A stretch of 64,000 nucleotides of DNA from assembly GCA_017501545.1 (NCBI GenBank), contig JAFVWS010000035.1, forward strand, positions 11,408 through 75,407, in the 5' to 3' direction. The stretch comes from Clostridia bacterium. GTDB taxonomy: Bacteria; Bacillota; Clostridia; Oscillospirales; CAG-272. A model generated the notes under the pieces. The model worked only from the letters and a program-made list of their open reading frames with translations. It was not told the DNA's origin and searched no databases. Positions 48,007-56,044 of this stretch are shown here, in pieces. The position numbers and the translations under genes are program-made. The stretch's first letter is position 1, and each line of letters begins with the position of its first letter.

Positions 48007-48036
48007 AAAAAAGAGGGCTTAATGCCCTCTTTTTGC
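48007..48036 (+). terminator. intrinsic terminator ending the ABC/GH94 operon
   Basis: AGAGGGC-TTAAT-GCCCTCT followed by TTTTGCTTTATTTTT. Confidence 0.85.
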
Positions 48037-48116
48037 TTTATTTTTGTTTTTTGCTTGACAAGACACGCCACCACATATATAATAATGAATGGTAATTTGT
48101 TTTAAAGGAGATTTTT

Positions 48117-49406
48117 ATGTCTAACTTTTGTCCAAAATGTGGTGCTACAATTGAAAACGACAGTCACTTTTGCGAAAAATGTGGCTTCAAGCTTGATGAC
48201 TCTACAAAATGCCCAATCTGTGGCTCATTAAATGAAAGCAATGCCGAAGTATGTGGTGTTTGTGGTGCTGGTCTCGCTCTTGCTGAATCACATACCTCAT
48301 CAGAGATTATTGCAATTACAAACGAGATAGACAAGCCTGAAAAAGCGTCCTCCAAGGTGGACGAGGACTGCTCCAAGGGTTGGCGCTTTACATTAAAAAT
48401 AGTTTCTAATTGGCTTCTTTTCTTGGCATCAATCATTCTCGCAGTTATACCAAGCATTAGCTTTGCTCACGCTTACATAGTAGGCGTTACATCCTTTAGT
48501 GGTGGATACATAGAATTTGCCGTAAATGGCACTCTTGCATTTATCGATATTCTGTCGGGTGCATTTGAGGGCTCAGGCATTACTGTCTTAGAGTCGCTTT
48601 TTAGCGCTATCTCCTTGCTTGCACTATCAGTTTTCGCAGTTGTGCTTCAAGTAATTTCAATTGTTACATTAATCACATCAATTATAAGGATATGTAAGGC
48701 TCAAACAGCTATGCTTGCAAAAAAATCCCTTGTTTTGTTTGCATTGCTAATTATCTCAAACATTCTATTCCTTGTTTTCTCAACCTTCACTGTTTCATTA
48801 GCCTTGACAAGAGCAACAGCCATAGCACTTTCGCTTTCTATGCTTCTTATTATCGGAGTGGCTATAATGCGCTTTATATCCAAAAGACATTTTGTTATGT
48901 CAAGCAGGAAACGCTCATTTGAATGCCTTAAGCAAGCTATTATTCTCACATTAAATCTTATTGCATTTGCAATCATAGGTAGCTCGCTTGTAATTGGAAG
49001 AAGCGGTATGTCATCAATTTATTTGATGGTATCTGGTGTTGGCTCAATGACTGAATTTATAGAGGTCACTCTTAAAATATTCTCACTCGGCCTTATAGCA
49101 ATAAGTGGAATTATGGTTGCTGTTCAGCCTATTGAAACAATCAAGCAAACCGCACTAAGGCTTAGCTATGCATTTTACGCATCACCAAATGAGCAGTCTA
49201 TGCTGTTTTCAAGCTCACCTAAGCTCCCCAGCCCAATTACTCAGGCTGTATTTGCAACAATTCACCTTGTAGCAACGCTTGCTGTTGGAATTTTCCTTGA
49301 TGATTTTTCTAAGGTTTTGCCTGCGCTTTTCATACTTCTATGCTTTGTTGCTTCAATTGTCGCTACAAAGGTGTGCGACGGCCTTGCTTCTAAGAAAAAC
49401 AAATAA
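48117..49406 (+). CDS. double zinc-ribbon N-terminal domain fused to a polytopic membrane domain, function unknown
   Basis: CPKCG..FCEKCG and CPICG..VCGVCG at the N-terminus, followed by about nine hydrophobic segments. It has its own TTGACA-17-TATAAT promoter (~48053-48081). Confidence 0.6.
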   Translation: MSNFCPKCGATIENDSHFCEKCGFKLDDSTKCPICGSLNESNAEVCGVCGAGLALAESHTSSEIIAITNEIDKPEKASSKVDEDCSKGWRFTLKIVSNWLLFLASIILAVIPSISFAHAYIVGVTSFSGGYIEFAVNGTLAFIDILSGAFEGSGITVLESLFSAISLLALSVFAVVLQVISIVTLITSIIRICKAQTAMLAKKSLVLFALLIISNILFLVFSTFTVSLALTRATAIALSLSMLLIIGVAIMRFISKRHFVMSSRKRSFECLKQAIILTLNLIAFAIIGSSLVIGRSGMSSIYLMVSGVGSMTEFIEVTLKIFSLGLIAISGIMVAVQPIETIKQTALRLSYAFYASPNEQSMLFSSSPKLPSPITQAVFATIHLVATLAVGIFLDDFSKVLPALFILLCFVASIVATKVCDGLASKKNK

Positions 49407-49410
49407 TTAA

Positions 49411-49443
49411 AAGAGAGCATTATTGCTCTCTTTTTTATTTTCC
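49411..49443 (+). terminator. intrinsic terminator
   Basis: AAGAGAGCA-TTATT-GCTCTCTT followed by TTTTATTTT. Confidence 0.8.
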
Positions 49444-49473
49444 AGTGCCATATAAAAGAGCAAGCAAAAATGA

Positions 49474-49506
49474 GGGAGAGGAACAAGTCCTCTCCCTACT
49501 TTATTA
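49474..49506. repeat. hairpin unit A (GGGAGAGGAACAAGTCCTCTCCC plus TACTTTATTA)
   Basis: 9-bp perfect stem with a 5-nt loop. The hairpin is identical to unit B. Confidence 0.8.
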
Positions 49507-49679
49507 TTGCTCCCACAAGGGACAAGAGTGGGTAGAGAAACGGCGAGTGCGTACACGTCGGCGTACCTTCTGCACAAACCACATTTAGAGCCTTCGGGAG
49601 GTTGGGAAAATGCACGATTGCGTAGTCGTCGGTGTACTGGCGTACACCAGAGTAGCAAGCGTGTATAAAAATCACATAT

Positions 49680-49713
49680 GAAAAGAGGACATTTCCTCTT
49701 TTCTACCTTATTA
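49680..49713. repeat. hairpin unit C (GAAAAGAGGACATTTCCTCTTTTC plus TACCTTATTA)
   Basis: 10-bp stem with a 4-nt loop. It has the same architecture and tail as units A and B. Confidence 0.7.
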
Positions 49714-49729
49714 TTACTAAAATAAGAAA

Positions 49730-49762
49730 GGGAGAGGAACAAGTCCTCTCCCAACTTTATTA
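49730..49762. repeat. hairpin unit B (GGGAGAGGAACAAGTCCTCTCCC plus AACTTTATTA); on the minus strand it is the likely ppdK terminator
   Basis: Exact copy of hairpin A. On the minus strand it is followed by TTTCTTATTTT. Confidence 0.8.
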
Positions 49763-49826
49763 GATTTGATTAGCCTTTATCTCATTAGTGTGATTTTGTT
49801 TTCACACCTATCCGACAGGCTCTACC

Positions 49827-52463
49827 TTATTTGCGTGGGTTCTTAATAGCAGCCTGCGCAGCAGCAAGACGTGCAATTGGAACTCTGAATGGTGAGCATG
49901 AAACGTAGCTTAGACCAATTCTGTGGCAGAATTCAACAGATGTTGGGTCACCACCATGCTCGCCACAGATACCGATGTGCATCTCTGGACGAACTGATTT
50001 ACCCATTTCAACTGCCATATCCATAAGCTTACCAACACCGTTTTGGTCGATTCTTGCAAATGGATCGTTCTCGTAAATCTTGCTCTCGTAGTAAGCTGTT
50101 AAGAACTTACCAGCGTCGTCACGGCTGAAGCCGAATGTCATTTGTGTAAGGTCGTTTGTACCGAAGCAGAAGAACTCAGCTTCCTTAGCGATTTCATCAG
50201 CTGTTAAGCAAGCACGTGGAATTTCCATCATTGTACCAACCTCATACTTAAGCTCAACACCAGCATTTGAGATTTCCTCGTCAGCAGCAGCAACAACGAG
50301 CTTCTTGCAGAATACGAACTCCTTGTATTCGCCAACAAGTGGAATCATAATTTCAGGAACGAGGTTCCAATCTGGGTGGTTCTTCTTAACTGCGATAGCA
50401 GCACGAATAACAGCTCTTGTTTGCATTACTGCAATTTCAGGATATGTTACTGTTAGACGGCATCCACGGTGACCCATCATTGGGTTGAACTCGTGAAGTG
50501 ACTCGATAAGAGCCTTGATATCATTAACGCTCTTGCCTTGTGCAGCAGCGAGAGCAGCAATGTCCTCTTCAGTTGTAGGAACGAACTCGTGAAGTGGTGG
50601 GTCAAGGAAACGAATTGTAACAGGGTTACCCTCAAGAGCCTCATAGAGCTTCTCGAAGTCGCTTTGTTGCATTGGGAGAATCTTAGCAAGTGCAGCTTCT
50701 CTCTCTTCAACATTGTCAGCGCAAATCATTTCACGGAATGCACCAATTCTTTCAGGATCAAAGAACATATGCTCAGTACGGCAAAGACCGATACCCTCAG
50801 CACCGAAGGTTCTTGCTTGAACAGCATCCTTAGGTGTGTCTGCGTTTGTTCTTACTTGAAGCTGTCTATATTCGTCAGCCCAAGTCATAATTGTACCGAA
50901 CTCACCACCGATAGTAGCAGGAACAGTAGGAATAGCCTCACCGTAAATGTTACCTGTTGAGCCGTCGAGTGAAATGTAGTCACCCTCAACGTATGTCTTG
51001 CCAGCTAATGTGAACTTCTTGTTTTCCTCATCCATCTTAATGTCGCCACAACCAGATACACAGCATGTACCCATACCACGAGCAACAACAGCTGCGTGTG
51101 ATGTCATACCGCCACGAACTGTAAGGATACCTTGTGAGTAGTGCATACCCTCAATATCCTCTGGTGATGTTTCAAGACGAACAAGAACAACCTTTTCACC
51201 CTTTTGACCCTTAGCAACAGCGTCCTCAGCTGTGAATACGATCTTACCGCAAGCAGCTCCAGGAGATGCTGGGAGAGCGTGTGCAACTGGCTTAGCAGCC
51301 TTAAGTGCCTTAGCGTCGAATTGTGGGTGGAGAAGTGCGTCAAGCTGCTTAGGATCGATCATAAGAAGCGCTTGCTCCTTAGTGATCATACCCTCGTTAA
51401 CGAGGTCAACTGCGATCTTAAGAGCAGCAGCTGCTGTTCTCTTACCATTTCTTGTTTGGAGCATGTAGAGCTTACCGTGTTCAACAGTAAATTCCATGTC
51501 CTGCATGTCTCTGTAGTGGTTTTCAAGAATACCACATACTTCAACGAATTGCTTGTAAGCCTCTGGGAATGTCTTTGCCATTTCGGAAATTGGCATTGGA
51601 GTACGTACACCAGCAACAACGTCTTCACCTTGTGCATTTGTTAAGAACTCACCCATAAGCTTCTTTTCACCTGTAGCTGGGTCACGAGTAAATGCAACAC
51701 CAGTACCACAGTCATCACCCATGTTACCGAACGCCATAGCTTGAACGTTAACAGCAGTACCCCATGAGTAAGGGATTTCATTTTGCATTCTGTAGTAGTT
51801 AGCACGTGGGTTATCCCATGAACGGAATACTGCCTTTACAGCACCCATGAGCTGTTCCTTTGGATCGGATGGGAAGTCAGAACCAATCTTAGCCTTGTAT
51901 TCAGCCTTGAATTGGTTAGCAAGCTCCTTAAGATCCTCTGCTGAAAGCTCAACGTCAAGAGTAACACCCTTTTCTTCCTTCATTTTGTCGATAAGCTCTT
52001 CAAAGTACTTCTTACCAACCTCCATAACAACGTCGGAGTACATTTGGATAAATCTTCTGTAACAGTCCCAAGCCCAACGAGCGTTGCCTGACTTTTCAGC
52101 AATTACGTTAACAACCTCTTCGTTAAGACCGAGGTTAAGAATGGTGTCCATCATACCAGGCATTGATGCACGTGCACCTGAACGAACGGAAACGAGAAGT
52201 GGGTTCTCCTTATCGCCGAACTTCTTACCAGTGATGCCTTCCATCTTGTCGATGTATTCCATGATTTGCGCTTGGATTTCATCATTGATTTGTCTGCCGT
52301 CTTCATAGTACTGTGTGCAAGCCTCAGTTGAAATTGTGAAGCCTTGAGGAACAGGAAGACCGATGTGTGTCATTTCAGCAAGGTTAGCACCCTTACCACC
52401 GAGAATTTCTCTCATCTTTGCGTTACCTTCAGAGAAAAGGTAAACATACTTCTTTGTACTCAT
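49827..52463 (-). CDS. ppdK: pyruvate, phosphate dikinase
   Basis: 878 aa. Reads GGKGANLAEM. The catalytic His loop is GGMTSHAAVVARGMG. Also CGEHGGDP and SCSPFRVP. Confidence 0.95.
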   Translation of the reverse strand: MSTKKYVYLFSEGNAKMREILGGKGANLAEMTHIGLPVPQGFTISTEACTQYYEDGRQINDEIQAQIMEYIDKMEGITGKKFGDKENPLLVSVRSGARASMPGMMDTILNLGLNEEVVNVIAEKSGNARWAWDCYRRFIQMYSDVVMEVGKKYFEELIDKMKEEKGVTLDVELSAEDLKELANQFKAEYKAKIGSDFPSDPKEQLMGAVKAVFRSWDNPRANYYRMQNEIPYSWGTAVNVQAMAFGNMGDDCGTGVAFTRDPATGEKKLMGEFLTNAQGEDVVAGVRTPMPISEMAKTFPEAYKQFVEVCGILENHYRDMQDMEFTVEHGKLYMLQTRNGKRTAAAALKIAVDLVNEGMITKEQALLMIDPKQLDALLHPQFDAKALKAAKPVAHALPASPGAACGKIVFTAEDAVAKGQKGEKVVLVRLETSPEDIEGMHYSQGILTVRGGMTSHAAVVARGMGTCCVSGCGDIKMDEENKKFTLAGKTYVEGDYISLDGSTGNIYGEAIPTVPATIGGEFGTIMTWADEYRQLQVRTNADTPKDAVQARTFGAEGIGLCRTEHMFFDPERIGAFREMICADNVEEREAALAKILPMQQSDFEKLYEALEGNPVTIRFLDPPLHEFVPTTEEDIAALAAAQGKSVNDIKALIESLHEFNPMMGHRGCRLTVTYPEIAVMQTRAVIRAAIAVKKNHPDWNLVPEIMIPLVGEYKEFVFCKKLVVAAADEEISNAGVELKYEVGTMMEIPRACLTADEIAKEAEFFCFGTNDLTQMTFGFSRDDAGKFLTAYYESKIYENDPFARIDQNGVGKLMDMAVEMGKSVRPEMHIGICGEHGGDPTSVEFCHRIGLSYVSCSPFRVPIARLAAAQAAIKNPRK

Positions 52464-52656
52464 TTAAGTACCTCCATAAATAATTTGAACTATCTTTGGT
52501 GGTGCACTTTCCGTGCACTATGCCGCGTCGTATGCGCGCACATTGATATTATAACATATGATTTATTAAAATGGAATAATTTTTTCAATTTTTTTCTATT
52601 TTGTTAATTTTTTTCTAAAAACGCGCATATATTTTAGCTCAATATATTTGTTTTGT

Positions 52657-52697
52657 ACAAAAAAGCAAGCCAAGTTTTTCTCTTAGCTTGCTTGTTT
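52657..52697 (-). terminator. intrinsic terminator of rnr
   Basis: AAGCAAGCcAAG (52663-52674) pairs with CTTaGCTTGCTT (52682-52693). A U-run follows on the minus strand. Confidence 0.8.
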
Positions 52698-54956
52698 TTA
52701 TCTTTTGCGCTTGCGATATGTGTCGCGTGTGCGATTTTTGCGTCTTTGGTTATATGATACGCTCTCTTTTTTCTTATATGATATCTTTTCCTTCACGATA
52801 GGTTCATTTTCGTTGCCCTGGGTGATTTGCTTTTTCTCCTTAACAAGCGAGAAATTAATTTGCTTAAGGGCAATATCAACCGAGTCAACGCGCACCCTTA
52901 CCTTAGCACCTAAGCGATAGGTGGTTTTGCCACGTGAAAGGGTGTAATTGTCCTTATCAAAGTAAAAGCCGTTTCCAAGGTCGTCAACTGACACCAAGCC
53001 CTCACATAAATTTTCGGTTTTTGCAAAGAAGCCAAACGAGGTAACTGAGCAAATTACAGCATCATACTCCTCGTCGATTCTGTCTTGCATATATACGCAC
53101 TTATAAAGCTGTTCTATATCTCGCTCAGCATGGATTGCCTTTATTTCGTTTTCGCTTGACATATCTGCACTAAGCGCGGCGAATCTTTCGTATTTTTCCG
53201 TTGTTTCCTCATTTAATTTGCCGTCAAGAAACGCCTTTAAAATTCTATGCACGCTTAGGTCTGGGTAACGTCTGATTGGAGAGGTGAAGTGGCAATAATA
53301 CTCGGTATTCAAGCCAAAGTGTGCGCCCTGCACAGCTGAATATTTCGCCTTCATAAGCGACCTTAAAAGCACGCTTGATACAATCATTGAAACGCCCTTT
53401 TCCTCGGCACTCTTGAGCACCCTTGATAGCTGATTTGGTGTGATTGTATTTTTCGTACGAAGTGATGATGTGTCAACGCCTAAATTTCTTGCAAAGAGAG
53501 AAAATGCGTTGATTTTTTCATGGTCCGGCTCCTCGTGCACACGATAAACGCAGGGCACGCTAGCATTATATAAAAACGTTGCAACCGCCTCATTAGCTGT
53601 GAGCATAAATTGCTCAATTAGCCTTTCACTTTCGCCCCTGTCACGCTTTACAATTTCGTATGGGTGGCCCACCTCGTTTAGTAAAATCTTGATTTCGTCA
53701 CTTTCAAGCTCCATAGCGCCCTTTTGCTCACTGCGCAATTTAAGGATTTTATAAAGCTCCATCATTTCATAAAAACTATCGAGTATGTGTCTGTATTTCG
53801 GGTAAAAATCGCTGTTTTCGCCATTTTCCAAAATATCGTTTAGCTCGCTATAAACTCCACGTATTTTGGAGTTAATCACGCTCTTTTTTATTTCGGTTGA
53901 AATTATTGAGCCACTCTTATCAAGCGTCACAAAGCACGAAAGGGTTAGCCTGTCAGCCCCACCATTTAGCGAGCAAATTCCGTTGGAAAGTGATTTTGGA
54001 AGCATTGGCACAACCTTGTCGGTAAAGTAAACACTAGTTCCCCTTCTTATTGCCTCCTTATCAAGCTCAGAGTCTGGGCGCACGTAGTGCGAAACGTCTG
54101 CAATATGCACACCAAGAATATATCCACCCTCAATTTTTTCAAGCGAAATTGCATCGTCAAGGTCCTTTGCGTCCTCACCGTCAATTGTGAATATAGCTTT
54201 ATCTCTTAAATCAAGCCTGCCCTTTATCTCAAGTGGCTCACAGCTTACGGTATCTGCCTCAGAGATAACTCTTTCTGGGAAGGTGGTTACTATTCCGTTT
54301 GAATGTAAAATTGCGCGATAATTACCCTCAAGCGAATCGGATTTTCCAAGCACCTCTGTAATTTCGCCAAGTGCAAAGTCGCCCTCCACCTTTGGATATG
54401 AATTTATCTTGCAGACAACCTTATCGCCATTTTGTGCCTCAAGAGCTTTTGGGTTAATTTTCACCTTTAGGTGAATTCTTTCGTTTTCAGGGGTCACGTA
54501 TGCAAGTGGACGCCTGCCGTTAGAATATACAGTTAAGGCTCCAACAAGCTCGCTAATTCCACGCTTGGTTATGCTTACAATTTCAGCCTCGTTTCCCTTA
54601 CCATAATATTTAGATGAGAAGTCAAGCCTTTTGATTACAACCTTGTCCGTGTGATATGCACCATTCATAAATTTAGGTGGAATAAAGTAGTCCCCGTCAT
54701 CAGTCATTACAAAGCCAAAATCACCACGGGCTGAGGCAGAAAGCTCTCCCTTCAAATATCCCATTTCCTTGGCGCTTGCAATTTTTCCCTTTTTGGTAAA
54801 TTGAACCTCATAATCGAGCTCAAGAGAGGAAAGTGCACGCCAAAACTCGCTTTTGTCAAAGCCGTAGCCCTCAAAAAGCGTGAACATTTCATGTGGTGTT
54901 AACGGCACGTAGCCAGTATCACTAACTGTATCTAAAATAAGCTTTTCTATATCCAT
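52698..54956 (-). CDS. rnr: ribonuclease R
   Basis: RNB domain motifs (IDGEDAKDLDDAIS, HIADVSHYV, RLTLSC) and a C-terminal S1 domain. The tail is Lys/Arg-rich (RRKNRTRDTYRKRKR). Confidence 0.9.
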   Translation of the reverse strand: MDIEKLILDTVSDTGYVPLTPHEMFTLFEGYGFDKSEFWRALSSLELDYEVQFTKKGKIASAKEMGYLKGELSASARGDFGFVMTDDGDYFIPPKFMNGAYHTDKVVIKRLDFSSKYYGKGNEAEIVSITKRGISELVGALTVYSNGRRPLAYVTPENERIHLKVKINPKALEAQNGDKVVCKINSYPKVEGDFALGEITEVLGKSDSLEGNYRAILHSNGIVTTFPERVISEADTVSCEPLEIKGRLDLRDKAIFTIDGEDAKDLDDAISLEKIEGGYILGVHIADVSHYVRPDSELDKEAIRRGTSVYFTDKVVPMLPKSLSNGICSLNGGADRLTLSCFVTLDKSGSIISTEIKKSVINSKIRGVYSELNDILENGENSDFYPKYRHILDSFYEMMELYKILKLRSEQKGAMELESDEIKILLNEVGHPYEIVKRDRGESERLIEQFMLTANEAVATFLYNASVPCVYRVHEEPDHEKINAFSLFARNLGVDTSSLRTKNTITPNQLSRVLKSAEEKGVSMIVSSVLLRSLMKAKYSAVQGAHFGLNTEYYCHFTSPIRRYPDLSVHRILKAFLDGKLNEETTEKYERFAALSADMSSENEIKAIHAERDIEQLYKCVYMQDRIDEEYDAVICSVTSFGFFAKTENLCEGLVSVDDLGNGFYFDKDNYTLSRGKTTYRLGAKVRVRVDSVDIALKQINFSLVKEKKQITQGNENEPIVKEKISYKKKESVSYNQRRKNRTRDTYRKRKR

Positions 54957-55038
54957 TTTCCTTCCTCCTCTTATATTTTTTCCTTATTAAAGCAAAACCG
55001 CCTTGGTTTTTATTCCCAAAGCGGTATCATATTTGTTA

Positions 55039-55449
55039 TTAGCCTTGCTTGCTTTCGTCTTCGGTAGATGCGCCACCGTTTTCGGTTTCGCCAGTTGTTT
55101 CCTCATCCTCTGTTACAGATGAATCGGTGCTTGTTTGGCCGTTATTACCAATAAGGCTGTTCCACCAATCCTCAACCTGTGAGCTTGTTTTGTCAGAGTT
55201 TGATTGTAAACCGAATATAACAAGTGACATAAGCGCAAATAGAACTGTTAATACGATTGTAACAATCATAAGTGGCTTTTGTGAAGACTTGCCCTTGTTT
55301 CTTCCGTAATATGTGTCTGAGCCACCAGCAATTGCGCCAGAAAGACCCTTTGATGAATTACTTTGAACAAGAATAACAACTACAAGAACAATAGCACTAA
55401 TAAGCAATAAGATACTTGCTACTAAGTAGAATATTTCTCTTCCGTCCAT
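55039..55449 (-). CDS. secG: preprotein translocase subunit SecG with a long acidic/Ser-Thr-rich C-terminal extension
   Basis: I place the start at ATG 55449 (AAAGGAGG RBS) rather than at the track's 55467. Reads ILLLISAIVLVVVILVQSNSSKGLSGAIAGG...LTVLFALMSLVIF, a two-TM SecG core with a glycine-rich loop. A ~60-aa tail follows. Confidence 0.8.
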   Translation of the reverse strand: MDGREIFYLVASILLLISAIVLVVVILVQSNSSKGLSGAIAGGSDTYYGRNKGKSSQKPLMIVTIVLTVLFALMSLVIFGLQSNSDKTSSQVEDWWNSLIGNNGQTSTDSSVTEDEETTGETENGGASTEDESKQG

Positions 55450-55603
55450 AAATCCTCCTTTTGCCACGCAATAAGCCTATAAAAAACAGTGCGATACTAA
55501 ATTGATGGCAAATTTTATAATTTAATCATAAGCGATAGCCATTATAACATAAACATTTAAAAAAATCAATAGCAAAAATAATTTTTTTTGAAAATGTTTA
55601 TAT

Positions 55604-56044
55604 TTAATGCTTATGCTCGCCCTCGCAGGTGCATTTTTTCTCGGTAATTCCACAGCATTTTGCACATTTCCCGTAAATAACAGTTTTTCCAGAGCTTATT
55701 GTAAAGGCATGCTCGTTAAAGATATGCGCTTCCATTTCGCTAAGAAATTCACAGCTAAGGTGAATAAGCTCACCACACTCGGTGCATTTTAGGTGAAAGT
55801 GCTTGTTGCACTCCATACTATCAAGGTATTGGTAGCAGGCTGAGGCGCCGTTGCCTATCGACATTTTTTTAATAATGCCCTCATCCTCAAGCTTGTCAAG
55901 AGTCCTATAAATTGTGGCAAGCGAGACACTTGCCCCGTCTTTTTTCAGGTTTTCGGCAATTTCCTGCGCAGTTACGTGCGAGGAGCTTTCAGAAAGAAGC
56001 TCCAAAATCGCATTTCGTTGCTTTGTGGAATATTCGCGCTTCAT
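55604..56044 (-). CDS. Fur-family metalloregulator (Zur/PerR-like) with a Cys/His-rich C-terminal tail
   Basis: N-terminal wHTH (RNAILELL..S.HVTAQEI...L...G..VSLATIYRTLDKLEDEGII). CxxC pairs CTECG and CAKCC. The tail is CGITEKKCTCEGEHKH. Its ATG overlaps the glyA stop (TAATG). Confidence 0.8.
   Translation of the reverse strand: MKREYSTKQRNAILELLSESSSHVTAQEIAENLKKDGASVSLATIYRTLDKLEDEGIIKKMSIGNGASACYQYLDSMECNKHFHLKCTECGELIHLSCEFLSEMEAHIFNEHAFTISSGKTVIYGKCAKCCGITEKKCTCEGEHKH

Noticed and set aside
49407-49754. 115-aa minus-strand ORF from the track covering the intergenic island
   Set aside because: It has no RBS and reads through the three terminator hairpins. The product is low-complexity and Arg/Leu/Cys-rich, with no recognisable motif. 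It is most likely a chance ORF in a GC-rich non-coding segment.
49474-49762. The three hairpin units as a mini CRISPR array
   Set aside because: There are only three copies with very unequal spacing (about 170 nt and 16 nt). One copy is diverged, the repeats are followed by a conserved A/T tail, and no cas genes lie in the window.
49441-49826. Possible tmRNA (given the secG-rnr context), 6S RNA, RNase P RNA, SRP RNA or a tRNA in the structured intergenic island
   Set aside because: Neither strand shows the tmRNA ends (GGGG..., a T-arm GGTTCGA, ...CCACCA) or a tag ORF. There is no GAGGAAAGTCC-type RNase P core, no SRP helix-8 GGAAG/AGCA motif, and no T-loop GTTCGAATC. The ends of the ~170-nt core do not pair with each other as a 6S RNA would require. 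It is kept as an unclassified candidate instead.
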